Origin: Paraspadella gotoi
Lineage: Eukaryota > Animalia > Chaetognatha
Assembly (NCBI GenBank): GCA_051294375.1
Contig: CM119267.1
Location: forward strand, 3,460,192-3,524,191
DNA: 64,000 bases
Direction of reading: 5' to 3'
The notes beneath the pieces are model-generated. The model did not search any database. It worked only from the letters and a program-made list of their open reading frames with translations, and was not told where the DNA came from. This document shows, one piece after another, positions 42,291-53,744 of this stretch. Position numbers and translations under genes: made by a program. Each line of letters begins with the position of its first letter. Within the stretch, counting starts at the first letter, position 1.

Positions 42291-43889
42291 ATGAGATTGG
42301 AATCGGCCTTCGACGCCATGAGCGCCGCAAATGAGGAAGCCGAAGACGATGCCGAGGGTGGTAGCGATGAAGGGCGCTCCGCCGGTTCGTCGCCGCCTCC
42401 GCAGGGGGACGACAAAGGAATTGACTCGCGAATCGAAGACGAAGCAATTTGCAAGATCTCAACCACCGCGGACTCGGCGCATTACGTTTTACACGCTCAT
42501 AATAGTAACTGGTCCGCGACCGAAGAATACGGCCTGGTCGCCGCCTGCGCTTCCCCGCTCGCTTCGCTATCGTCTTCTCCCGGTGCTCTGGACTCTGCTC
42601 AAGGCGATGAGACGGTTTCAGACTCGCCTTCGATAAACGATCCTCCGACGTCGAAACCGACGCGTCTTTCCGAGTCTCTCTGCTGCATTTCCCCCTCGCC
42701 CCCTCTTTCTCCCACCTCGTCCTTCATGGATCGCGCGGAGCGGAAGGCCTTCGATTTTGACGAGGTCGTCGACGTCGTAGGGAGCGCTACTTCCTCCGAC
42801 TCCATCGTCCCTCGATTCGGCGACGACGTCATCTTTCCGGACGATCTGTCTCCCCTGCAGCATCCGAATCCATACCCAATTCCTCACCCCGAATCTCCGG
42901 AGAGTTCCGAGTTTCTGCCGCGACCTCCGGAAGAAATTGCTGAAGACACTTTCGGCGCGGCCCTTTGTGGTCGAGTCGACGAATCATCCGAGGATGATGC
43001 CATGCCTCCGCTCGCCCGGACTCCCTCGGTCACTCCGGACTCTTCGCCTCGACCGAGCTTCACCACTCCCACCAATCAGCAGACTCCTTCGCGAAATCAC
43101 GATTACATTCTCAAGTTTCTATTGGTCGGCGATTCCGACGTAGGAAAGGACGAAATCCTCAACTGCTTGAGCGAGGAAGTGAGCGAGACACCCTACGCGC
43201 TCTTGTGCAATTACAAGACAACAACGATACTCATTGACGGCAAACGGGTCAAGTTGCAATTGTGGGACACCTCCGGTCAGGGACGATTCTGCACCATTCT
43301 TCGCTCCTACTCGCGAGGGGCCCAGGGCATTCTTCTCGTCTACGACATCACCAACAAGTGGTCCTTCGATGGGATTGACCGGTGGTTGAAGGAGGTGGAT
43401 GAGCACGCGCCCGGCGTCCCCAAGATCCTCGTCGGTAACCGTCTGCACCTCGCATATAAACGGCGCGTATGCGAGACGCTCGCCGAGAACTACGCCCGCA
43501 AGAACGACATGGCGTTTTTCGAGGTTTCGCCCTTATGCGACTTCAACATTGTCGAATCTTTCGCCGAACTCAGCCGCGTAGCCCTCCAGCGGAACGGCAT
43601 GGCGAGGCTGCTCAAGTCTGACGCCGTGCTCTCCCTGCAGGAGATTGCTATCAAGGCCATCGTCGCTAGGACGACCGTGTACTCGATCGATCAACTTCCG
43701 CTGCCGGGCACGCTCAAGCAAACTCTCAAAAGCTACTCCATAGACAATCGCTGCAATCAGAACATGCGCCGCTACCTGGCCGGGCCTTACGCCGAGAAGC
43801 TGACTAAAAAAAGTCCCAAGCCTTTGAACCCTTCGGTCGCCTCTCCCCATCGAGGTCTCGCCCGTATCAACTCCTGTTGTATCTCTTGA
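42291..43889 (+). CDS. RAB40: Rab40 GTPase with SOCS box and a long N-terminal extension, intronless
   Basis: DYILKFLLVGDSDVGK, WDTSGQGRF, LVGNRLHLA, FEVSPL, SOCS box LSLQEIA..LPLP, CAAX CCIS*. First in-frame ATG is at 42291; the start is uncertain. Confidence 0.92.
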   Translation: MRLESAFDAMSAANEEAEDDAEGGSDEGRSAGSSPPPQGDDKGIDSRIEDEAICKISTTADSAHYVLHAHNSNWSATEEYGLVAACASPLASLSSSPGALDSAQGDETVSDSPSINDPPTSKPTRLSESLCCISPSPPLSPTSSFMDRAERKAFDFDEVVDVVGSATSSDSIVPRFGDDVIFPDDLSPLQHPNPYPIPHPESPESSEFLPRPPEEIAEDTFGAALCGRVDESSEDDAMPPLARTPSVTPDSSPRPSFTTPTNQQTPSRNHDYILKFLLVGDSDVGKDEILNCLSEEVSETPYALLCNYKTTTILIDGKRVKLQLWDTSGQGRFCTILRSYSRGAQGILLVYDITNKWSFDGIDRWLKEVDEHAPGVPKILVGNRLHLAYKRRVCETLAENYARKNDMAFFEVSPLCDFNIVESFAELSRVALQRNGMARLLKSDAVLSLQEIAIKAIVARTTVYSIDQLPLPGTLKQTLKSYSIDNRCNQNMRRYLAGPYAEKLTKKSPKPLNPSVASPHRGLARINSCCIS

Positions 43890-44783
43890 CTCTTGGGAGC
43901 GGGAGGGGGGAGATGATAAAGTTAATCGTACAATGTTATTCCAACTTATACGTTTTTCGCTTCTCCCGGACCCAGGACGAGATCCGAGAGAACAAATAAC
44001 TACAAATCGTGCTATAATATTCAATTTGAAAATGCTTTTTTCGGTCTAGTCGGGGGCATTTTAATTTAAATTAAATGCAATCTCTTTATCGTGAGATTTC
44101 AAGTTTACTTTTCCAGCATGGAACGTTTTCATGTTCTTGATGAAGTGTGATCAAATCATAGATTTTCATACGATAGTGGGTAATGTGCAATTAGGTTTTG
44201 GTCAGATATAAGGGAAAATTTTTTCAACTTTCTTCTTTGCAATTTATGATCTGTGCAGTTGAAAATAATCTAAAACGGTTCGCTAGTCAGTTGTACGCGA
44301 ATTTTTATCTCCGTCCTTCGCCCTATTTCAATTTTATCGCTTTTTTATCTTAGAAATAATAAGAATTTGTCGAAAAATTGACTTTATGAGGGCGAAATAG
44401 CATAAAATTGAAAGACGTTTGCTTATCACGAAGACGGAGTTTGTTCTTGGCTCAATTTATTTTTCATATTCGCCCATTCCCCTCGCTGTGTAGACTGAAG
44501 TAACTCGTTCGACTTTATTAAAATCTTTAATCGATTTTTTTTGTTTTGGGAAACCTCTTTAACATTGAATATCAATGTCATTAATCTCAATTTAAATGTT
44601 TCCGAAGTCTGGGTGGTCCTCCGGGACAAAATTTTGTGAATGAAAAAAATACTACAGTTAACTTACGAACCCATTTTAAACTTCGTATTTCGACAAATTT
44701 ATTCGCTCGTCTTATTTTTTTTTTCTTTTTGCTACCTACAGTTCGTTTTTGTTTCCAACCCAAGTTCGGCTCCATTCGCCGCG

Positions 44784-47231
44784 ATGGGTTCGCCCGGGGA
44801 AAACCCCGGACAGGACCGGCTGACGCCTTACCTGTGCTTCTGCAGCTTCGTTTCGGTGATTGGAAGTTCCTTACTTTACGGCTACAACGTGGGCGACCTC
44901 AACACTCCAGCATTGATCATAAACGAGACCTTCTACATGCCGGTCTACGCATCTCGCGCGGGTCTCAACGTGAGCGACGCCGGGACGGACATCGGCGACT
45001 TGACGGTGGCGCTCTGGCAGCTAACCATCGCTCTATTCGTCGCCGGCGGAGCCGTCGGCTCTCTCGGTTCCAGCTGGATCTGCGAGACGTTCGGCCGTCG
45101 AACCGGCAACGCCATCAATCAAATTCCAGCCATTCTTTGCGGCGCTTTCAGCTTCGGCGCCAAGTATGCCGCAGCGCCAGAATTGCTCATGGTCGGCCGA
45201 TTTCTGGTCGGTCTTACCGCCGGCGCCGGTTGTACTTACGTCCCAGTGTATTTGACGGAAGTGGCGCCGACCAAGTATCGCGGCGCCTTGGGAACGCTGC
45301 ATCAATTGGCCATAACCACCGGCATCCTCTTAGCTCAAGTTCTCTCGCTGCCGGGCATCTGGGGCAATGGGGAAAGCTGGCAAATACTCGTCGGATTCGT
45401 TCTGGTTCCCGCGCTCTTCTCTCTGGTTTTGTTACCGTTTTGCGTCGAGAGTCCGAGGTGGGTCAGGACATTGGCGAGAAGTAAAATTAATTTATATGTA
45501 GTTTGAAATTGGTGCAAATAATATCAAAAATATCCATTCATTCAATAAATAATCTATCTTGTGTTGCCCCTGACTTAGAACAGGATATGGTGGGTTAATA
45601 CCATAGCAGGACCCTGCAAGCTTTCAATTAAGACTTTCTCTCAGTCTACGTCTCCGATCCTGACATCCCCCCGATTCCAGGTTTCTCTATCTGAAAAAGA
45701 ACGACCCCGAGTCGGCGCGCAACGCACTGCGTCGCCTCCGCGGTGTCGAGGATGTGGAGGCGGAGATGGAGGAGATGCGCTTGGAGAAGCTCAAAGATGA
45801 GCAGTCCACCGCCGAGAGATACACCTTTGGCATGCTCTTCGCTAACCGAGCCAATTACCTCCCGCTCGTGGCCACCTGTGCAATGCAGGTCTTGCAGCAA
45901 TGGAGCGGCATCAACGCCATCATGTTTTACTCGGCCTTAATATTCCAGGACGCCGGTGAGACGATTCCGTGAAAAATACATTTGTTGTGCTCAAAGAAAT
46001 GTTAAAATTTTTTACTAATGAATAATTATTCAGAGTATCTCAATCGTACTGACACTTTACAAATGAATACAGTGAATCAGTAAAGTTATAAAAAATGCAT
46101 TTACTGTACTCGTTGGAACCATATGTTCTTACAGTTTTACATGTCTTTATTTTTAAAATAAAACGATTATATTATATATTATTAGCACTCAACGCAAATG
46201 TCGCTTGAGACACTCTGTAACTCGACTTGATAATTATGTATCTGAAATTGGTACAACCAATGTAAAAATTATCCATTCATTTAATCTTCAGGAGTCGAGA
46301 CGGATCAAGTTCCTAACGCCGTCGTCGGCACCGGAGTCGTCAACGTTTTGACGACCATCTTGGCGGTTTTCGTCATCGAGCGCACCGGACGTCGCCCGCT
46401 GATTCTGATCCCTTGCCTCATCATCACCTTCATCTATTTCTTGTTGACCGTTTGTCTCACAATTAAAGAAAAATATTTGGGCCACATCAAAGAAATTCGG
46501 GGTCAGAGCCAGGCACCGAGCACCTATTCGCTGCAAGAATTTAAAGATTATCTCAATTGTACAGGTGAAGTTTTTAGCGCCGAGCCAAGGAATAAAAATG
46601 ATGATTCGAATGTCGTAGTTGTTTTACCGTTCCCTTTTTTTTTAGTTTAATTTCTTAATCAAACATAATATTTTCAATCTTTCAGAAACCCCTGGCGTCG
46701 ACTGCGAGTCGATCGCGCACGACGAACTCGTCTGCTACGCGATGGCGATGGTCACCATCGTCTGCATCATCATCTACATCATCTCCTTCGCCATAGGACT
46801 CGGCCCAATTCCAATGTACATCACTTCGGAGATGTTCCGCCAGGCTCCTCGCACGGCCGCCTGCGCCATCGCGCAGGGTATTAATTGGGCCTGCAATCTC
46901 ATCCTGGCGCAGACTTTCATGTACCTTCAAGGTATTTTTCTCATCCAAGCAAAAATATCATTCGAAACTTGGGGAAAGATTCTAATTCCTCGTACCATCG
47001 TTCACCCTCGCAGGTTCACTGGGCTCATTCACATTTCTTCCTTTCTTGGCGGTGGTCGCCGCCGTCGGTCTTTTTGTCTTCGTACGCGTCCCCGAAACGA
47101 AGGGTCGATCCTTTGACCAAATCGCGCGCATACTGGAGAGTCGCGTCCCCGCCTACCGCGTCCGCGAGGGCGACTACGCCGACGACGACGCCAAGGGGGC
47201 CGACGACCAAGAGTTGGAGACTTTCACCTGA
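44784..47231 (+). CDS. Facilitated sugar transporter (SLC2A/GLUT), 5 exons
   Basis: YGYNVG, FGRR, EVAPTKYRGALGTLHQLAIT, VESPR, QQWSGINA, ERTGRRPL, GLGPIPMYITSEMFRQ, VPETKGRSF. Confidence 0.93.
45504..45647 (-). repeat. Dispersed ~150-bp intronic repeat, copy C (reverse orientation)
   Basis: Reverse complement of the copy A/B blocks (gcaggaccctgcaagctttcaattaagactttctctcagtct; tgcccctgactt). Confidence 0.88.
46243..46285 (-). repeat. Partial copy D of the same repeat
   Basis: tgaaattggtacaaccaat..aaaattatccattcatttaat is the reverse complement of the 3' end of copy A. Confidence 0.8.
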
Positions 47232-48623
47232 AGGATTTCTCTCATCCTTTTGGAGGAGGGAGGAGGGAAGGGGAGGTTTAGGGGCTTTGTGCTGCTTTTA
47301 CTCAAGTACTCATTATAGTGACTTTCGTTTCAGTCTCGAGTTTGTGTACAGAAGGCTTCATATTATAAAACTACCCGATCGAATTTCATGAAATTTTACA
47401 TTTAGAGTTCGAATGACAATATAAATGGAACTATCGAGGCGAATTTTGATATTTGATATTTTGATAGTTTTCTCGGAAAGTGTTCTGGTCACAAAAAACG
47501 GGTACCTCATTTTATATTATGAAGCCTTCTGTATTACTGGCAATATTTGTTTTATGAATTTACTAGCACATTTGAACATAAGTCGTGCCAAATTTTATTT
47601 CGTTTCTTTTTAAATTTTTGACCGCTATGGCCAACAACGAACATATGAAAGTCCGTTTGTTGGTTGTAATCTTACTTGGCTTTGATATTTTCAAAGATTA
47701 TATTTTTGTCTGTGATTATCGACCTGATAATTTTCGTGGGGCTTGTACAGTGCAAAAATTGTATATTTATTTTTACATAAAAGTACAATGTGCTAATTAT
47801 TCTTTTTACCATGTCTTATAATGAGAATTTTACTTAATAGCTTTAACGATTAATTCTTAAATTTCTGTCCAAATATAAAATGCCACTACTTTTTAAAATT
47901 ATAGTTAAAACTTAAATAACATTACACGATTTTTAATATTCAATTCATTTAAGTCTTAAGATATCAGTTTAAATATAAAATTAACCTCAGCCTAATAATA
48001 GTACAGAAAATGCGATACTCTTTGAACCATAATGACCTCTCAAGCCAATTCGATCAAAAATTGACAAAATTAATTCATTTTAATTTTTCTTCAAGCCGGT
48101 TTTAAAACCGGGAAGTAGCAATATGCTTTTTATGCTTTATTTGCCAACGGTGTTAGTGTATATAATCACTCCCCTCGTTTGTCATGTGGTGCTTTTTTTA
48201 GTAGTTTTATTTTAAGAGGATTTATGCTTTTAAGAAATACATAATCATCCAGAGTAATTTTTTCCTAGTCCTGTTTATTTTCTTTTAGTACCTTCGAAAC
48301 TTATACTATCTACTTTTTTTTAGAAAGCATTTTATTCATATATCCAAGAAAATTTGTAACTACATTGTTCTCACTGTTCTCCAGAGTAATTTGGGCTCAA
48401 CTGATACATATACAGATTATACGTTACAACTTACATATTGTGACGATTCTCCTTTTATTTTGCCAGTGTCAGTAACCCTCGTAGTTTTTGCTCAATTTGT
48501 TAGCATTGTGAGTCTTCCATTTGTTGTTTACAAATAAAATTCTTTTTTCGTCCTCGCCAAAAATACAGCTTCATTTATCCCTTGAGACTCGTTTGTCGTA
48601 GTTGATCGGAAAAAAAAAGGATA

Positions 48624-49787
48624 ATGTCTAGCCAGAGCACGTCCCCCCCGCCTACGAAAAGCGTCGACCAAATATTCGTTCGAAATGGAAAACCCATGAA
48701 GTTTAAACTGGTGCCATGCGCGGATCGAGAGAAAGTGGGGAGGATCTTGAGCCAGGGGGGCGGGGTTTTAGTTGACAACGGAAAGCCAATCGACGCTGAC
48801 GTGATTCATCTGGCGCCGAGGGGCGTGTCCAGAGTCAAAAAGAGATCCGTTGCGCTTCATTTTGTATTCGAATCTTGGGAGAAACGCGAGGCGTTGGACG
48901 TGTCGAGGTTTATCTTGGTGCCGGGCGGCGGTCCGCTTCTCGAAGCCCCCGTCGGGGAAACCGATACGTCGACCCCACGTCATTTGAGCGTCGCGGACGT
49001 TTTTCCCGACGTCACGCCGGCGGTTACTCCGTTTTTGGCGTCTCTTGCTTCCACGGAAGCCGAAAATTCTGCCTTCCAAACGCCGCCCGAGCGGCCGAAA
49101 TCGGCGATGGATGAGCCAGTCCTCAATTCGCCGGTGGAAGAGGATATTGACGTCGTTGGTTTCACGCAGATTTTACCGGTGGAAGAGGAAGAGGAAGAGG
49201 ACAAAAACGAGGAGGTCTCTTCGCCGGAAGACGTTGCGCCGGGAAGCGAAGGACTTTCCGAAGAGGATGAGCGGATGGACGCTTCCAACGCTTCGTCGTC
49301 CAAGTCTTTCGGTATTGCAGTGGAAAAGGAAGAAAAGTCAAGAAAAGCAGACGGCCTCGGGTTGATGGATAAAGATTCCGTGGAATCGCAACGTCCGCCT
49401 AAAAAGACGGTCAAGTTGATCTACCACGGGGGCGACAAGGAACTCCGAGATCATGCTGATACAGAAGAAGACGCCAGCGGCGTTGTCGGCAAAGTAAATG
49501 ATCGACGAGCGTCTTCGGAACCCGACATTGCCGAAATCGTGACAGAATCGGTGCCCGAATCAATGCCGGACACTGAACCAGAACCTAAACAGGCGCGAAC
49601 GATTGCCGAGGTCGTTCACGAATTGAGTATTTTTTATGGCATCACGCCCGCGGCCGCGACGTTGGCGATGAAGGAATCCAAGTTTAACGTCAAAGGCGCC
49701 ATTCACAGGATCGTGACGGAAAAGACAGTGAGCGCCATCAGTGACCATGACCTCATTAACAATCAAAACCATAAGTTTAAATTTTAA
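48624..49787 (+). CDS. RAP1/TERF2IP-like protein (BRCT-like N-terminus, RCT-like C-terminus, no visible Myb domain), intronless
   Basis: IFVRNGKPMKFKLVPCADREKVGRILSQGGGVLV resembles the RAP1 BRCT. VVHELSIFYGITPAAATLAMKESKFNVKGAIHRI resembles the first RCT helices. The linker is acidic and low-complexity. Confidence 0.6.
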   Translation: MSSQSTSPPPTKSVDQIFVRNGKPMKFKLVPCADREKVGRILSQGGGVLVDNGKPIDADVIHLAPRGVSRVKKRSVALHFVFESWEKREALDVSRFILVPGGGPLLEAPVGETDTSTPRHLSVADVFPDVTPAVTPFLASLASTEAENSAFQTPPERPKSAMDEPVLNSPVEEDIDVVGFTQILPVEEEEEEDKNEEVSSPEDVAPGSEGLSEEDERMDASNASSSKSFGIAVEKEEKSRKADGLGLMDKDSVESQRPPKKTVKLIYHGGDKELRDHADTEEDASGVVGKVNDRRASSEPDIAEIVTESVPESMPDTEPEPKQARTIAEVVHELSIFYGITPAAATLAMKESKFNVKGAIHRIVTEKTVSAISDHDLINNQNHKFKF

Positions 49788-49874
49788 CGATTTATTTTTC
49801 AACTTTTGTTTTTTGTTGTTGTTGTTCGTTTATTTATTATACATCATTATAAGATTATTTTTTTTTATCGAGAG

Positions 49875-52800
49875 ATGGCATTTCGTGCGATCGGTCTTCT
49901 CCTTTTCGTCGTCGTCGCCTCCGCGTCAGCTCAGTACAAAGAAGAGTACTTTGATCAAATATTTGATCATTTCAATCCCGCCAACGATAAAGGAAAAACA
50001 TTCAAGCAAAGGTATCTCATTAACGATGACCACTGGAGCTCTAACAAAAAAGGCCCCATCTTTTTTTACGCGGGCAACGAGGGACCCATCGATGCCTTTT
50101 TCAACAACACTGGATTCGTGCTGGAAATAGCTCCGCATTTCGGAGGTGAGGCTTTTCCTTTTCTGTCCTCCCCACTCGGGACTCAAAACTTGCAAGTCAC
50201 TCAAATTTTTTTTCTCTCACGTTGTTGATTTCGTTGCCAGCTTGATTAAATATAGTTTTGTTTTTAATCCTTGTACCAATAAACGTTGCTTCTAGAGTCA
50301 TTGTTTGAAAAGTAGAATCCTAAACTATGACCTCTCATTGTTCGTCGTCGGTCTCTTCGAGCGAGACAGGATTTCAACTTCTGGCTCGACTCTCCGATCG
50401 CCCATCGCTTCGTCGACTCTGGACTCCCTCGCTCTTTACTTCGCCTCTCGAACCGGGCGAGGTTGTCGAACTCGTCGGCCCCGAAGGCAGCGGAAAGACG
50501 GAGCTCTTGCTCGAGTTGACGGCCGAATGCGTGCAGCCGGAAACGTGGAGCGGCCTTTCGATGGGCGGTCTCGGACTCGGCGTCGTTTACGTCGACGCCA
50601 ATTGGCAATTTGACCTTCAGCGACTCGCGACTATATTGGACCTTCGCCTGCGACGAAAAGCCAAAGAGCAGGGATATGAAGGGACGAAGATTTCCACTGA
50701 GCCTTACCTTGAAGCCTGCTTTTCCCGCCTGCACCTGACCCGACCCAAGTGTTCCGATTCTCTTCTCTTGACGCTGGAATCGCTCAAGGAGCAGTTTCTT
50801 ATGGATCGACAAGACGTGGGGCTTATCATTCTGGATTCCCTCAACGCCTTTTACTGGATCGATCGCGGATCCGAGGCGGAGAACGCGCTCAAGTTTTACG
50901 AGTCCCCGAGGCATAAACGCGTTTGCCGCGCCCTCTCCTCTCTTGTAGACGCTTTTAAAATAAACGCATTCGTCAGTCTCCAGAGCGTCATTCGATCGAG
51001 AGAAGAGCGCGATGGCGATAAAGACTCAAAGGATCAAACGTGGACCTGTCGGGAATGGCAGACGATGCGAACCTATAGAATTCGACTGCGCGGAGGAAAA
51101 ATTGAGAGCGGGGAGACTTGGAAGGGAAATGGTTCCGCTCGGCCGGAATCCCTCGTCGCTCGAACTCGGGCGCAAATTTTTAAATACACACTCTATCGAT
51201 TCTCAACCAAGACCGTGGAAAAAAGCGGGGAATTGAAAATGAAGAGCGAAGGATTTTCTGGCTTTTGATTACGAGCCCGGATCTTTCATTTCATGTCGGC
51301 TCGAAAGATCATCCGTTATCGTTGTCGGTTTTTTGGTCACCAATTCAGTTTTTCGTTTTTGTTTCTCTCATTTCGCGCTCGTTTCGTTTACAGCTCTGGT
51401 CCTTTACGCCGAGCATCGCTTTTACGGAAAATCCCTTCCGTTCGGCGCGAGCGAATCCTTAAAATGGCCGCATGTCGGATCTTTAACCGTGGAGCAGGCG
51501 TTGGCCGATTATGCCAAATTCCTCACCGATTTCAAGAAAGAAAGAAACTGTTTCGTTTCTGGTGAGTTGCTTTTTCTTTTTCTTTTTCTTTTTTTTGAAA
51601 GAGAGCGTTTCATTGTTTCACGGTTCATTCCTTCCAATCCGCCACTCACGTGTGGAGCGAAGCGGATGAGTTCGACATTAAAACGAAGATGGCGTTTGTT
51701 AGAGTCGTCGTCGTCGTAGTCTTCGCGATTCCGGCGTCGACCGAATTGCCTGATTGGGAACGCAGCGCTCTCCCTCCAAAATGGCGCTCGCAAACGTCAT
51801 TAGGATAGTTCAAAATATGTAGATTATAAAATTCAACTTCGTTCTGATGTCGAAAATCCGTGTTTAGCAGAAAGAGATTGGGCTGGATTAAATACGAACC
51901 GAAAGTAATAAAAGTGCAGTTACAGGTGTGGACATAGTTTTGCTCCTCATGTTCATGTATACAACGGCACACACTTCCTTTTCCTAATACTTTATGAACA
52001 ATGGACCCGTTTTCTCTTCTTCCAACCCACAACTGTTTCTTTGTGTCAGGAGTTGACTTGTGCCCCGTAATCGCGTTCGGCGGATCCTACGGGGGAATGT
52101 TGGCGGCCTACATGCGGTTCAAGTATCCCAACGTGGTGACCGGAGCCATTGCCGCCAGCGCCCCTCTTCGCCTTTCCGATTCACCGGAGGCGCGGCATCG
52201 ATTTTGGTCCGATGTCACGAAAGATTTTAAAAATGCAAATGCGCGGGCCCCGGAAATCGTCAAACAGGTTAGACTCTTAATGGCTCTTAATCCGTGGTAA
52301 TTTTTTTTTAGCTAACCATTTGACTACCCAATCCCTCATTTCTTAGGCGTTCGTAGACATGAGCGCGGCTTTTGCACGCGGCGATTTGGACCTCGTCTCT
52401 CGCACCTTTCGTCTTTGCGACGGCATCAAAAACGCCAAGGATTTCCGCCATCTTCAACTCTTCGTACGCAACGCCTTCACTCTTCTGGCGATGATGGATT
52501 ATCCTTATCCGGCGACTTTCATGGCCTCCCTCCCCGGACATCCAGTCAACTTCGTGGCCGATCTGCTGGTCAAAGCCGAGACCCCGATGAAAGGTTTAGC
52601 CGCCGCAGCCGCTCTGGTCTACAATGGTACCCAGGGTAAGTCAATATTTTGTACCGGGGTTTATTGGGGAGTTTTGGATTATTGCTTGGGTTATTCCTTT
52701 TATCTCAATTATATTTTTAACCTTTCTCACTCCCTCCCCCCAGGTCATTATCCTTGTTTAGATATGTACAAAAAATTCGTCGAGTGTGCGGATCCAACTG

Positions 52801-53318
52801 GATGCGGTACGGGCAACGACGCCCTCGCCTGGGACTTTCAAGCTTGCTATCAAATCGCCCTCGCCTACGGCAGCAACAACGTGACTGACATGTTCCCCGA
52901 TCTGCCCTGGACCGATGATATGAAAGCCGCGTACTGTCGCGGAAAATGGGGCGTCGAGCCCAACGGAGAGGAGGTAGAGATTTAATGTAATTGGGTGGTG
53001 CCGGTTTTTTCCTTTAAGCAACTTCTTGCAAGCATCTTCGCTCCTCTCTCTCAGTACGCGACCCGATTTTGGGGCAGCCACGTCTTTCACTCCTCCAACA
53101 TAGTTTTCTCTAACGGAGACCTGGATCCCTGGGGTAGCGCCGGGATCCTCCAGCCCGACTCCCGCAGCCCGTCGATCCTTCCCGTCCTCGTGGTAGGCGG
53201 GGCTCATCACCTCGACCTTCGCCCCAGCGACCCGCGCGACCCGCCGGGGGTGAAGTCGGCCAGGACGAAGGAGATATTTGCCATCGAGCAGTGGCTCAAG
53301 GAGCATCGAAAAAAATGA
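49875..53318 (+). CDS. DPP7: Dipeptidyl peptidase 2/7 (S28 serine peptidase), 6 exons
   Basis: Exons 49875-50145, 51394-51561, 52050-52267, 52347-52635, 52744-52973, 53055-53318. Motifs: GPIFFYAGNEG, AEHRFYGKSLPFG, FGGSYGGML, CADPTGCG, SNIVFSNGDLDPW, GAHHLDLR. Confidence 0.93.
50327..51268 (+). CDS. XRCC2: RAD51 paralogue XRCC2, intronless, nested in DPP7 intron 1 on the same strand
   Basis: ETGFQLLARL, Walker A GPEGSGKT, VVYVDANWQFDLQRLATILDLRL, Walker B LIILDSLNAFYWIDR. Confidence 0.92.
   Translation: MTSHCSSSVSSSETGFQLLARLSDRPSLRRLWTPSLFTSPLEPGEVVELVGPEGSGKTELLLELTAECVQPETWSGLSMGGLGLGVVYVDANWQFDLQRLATILDLRLRRKAKEQGYEGTKISTEPYLEACFSRLHLTRPKCSDSLLLTLESLKEQFLMDRQDVGLIILDSLNAFYWIDRGSEAENALKFYESPRHKRVCRALSSLVDAFKINAFVSLQSVIRSREERDGDKDSKDQTWTCREWQTMRTYRIRLRGGKIESGETWKGNGSARPESLVARTRAQIFKYTLYRFSTKTVEKSGELKMKSEGFSGF
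51601..51790 (+). promoter_or_regulatory. GC-rich motif and structure island in DPP7 intron 2
   Basis: CCAAT 51634, TCACGTG 51646, YY1-like AAGATGGCG 51686 and CAAAATGGCG 51777, ATTGG 51753; also nested complementary segments. Confidence 0.4.
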
Positions 53319-53744
53319 GCCCCGATGAGATTTGATAGTCGCTCGGTTTCAAACGATTCAATTTCGCTGTAGTCAAATAATCAAAAAATCTGCTCGTTGA
53401 TTTACTTTTACAATTTTACATTTATATCAAATATTTGATTTATAATCCTATGGAGATTTTTCACTTGTTTTTTGTGTTTATTTTTGAAATTTTTCTAATT
53501 GATCCCTTTTTTTGGATTTATATTATTTAATTTGTTGTCAATTATTCTTCGGTGTTTTAAGGGTGGAGAAAATGAGTCAATCTAGAAAGTCTTTACGAGC
53601 GAGTTAATGACACGAGTCCTCTGATCAAAAGTTGGTAAGAACCGATCCACGATCTCTAGTATTTAATAAGATTGAAATTAAGAGGATTTAAAAAAAAAAT
53701 AATTATAGGCCTCTTTTGACAGCGCTCACTCAAAACACCCTAGA

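Noticed and set aside
47400-48600. AT-rich spacer searched for an SL RNA, telomerase RNA or small gene
   Set aside because: No leader-GT-Sm arrangement, telomeric template or credible ORF seen. Probably 3'UTR or promoter sequence.
51641-51650. Minus-strand CGTGAGTGGC similar to part of U11 snRNA as recalled
   Set aside because: Only 10 nt match; there is no U11 5' end and no Sm site at the expected distance.
53700-53722. Acceptor before the SVIP ATG as a trans-splice site
   Set aside because: It pairs with the GTAAGA donor at 53635, so it is an ordinary 5'UTR intron. The unpaired candidate is at 53561.
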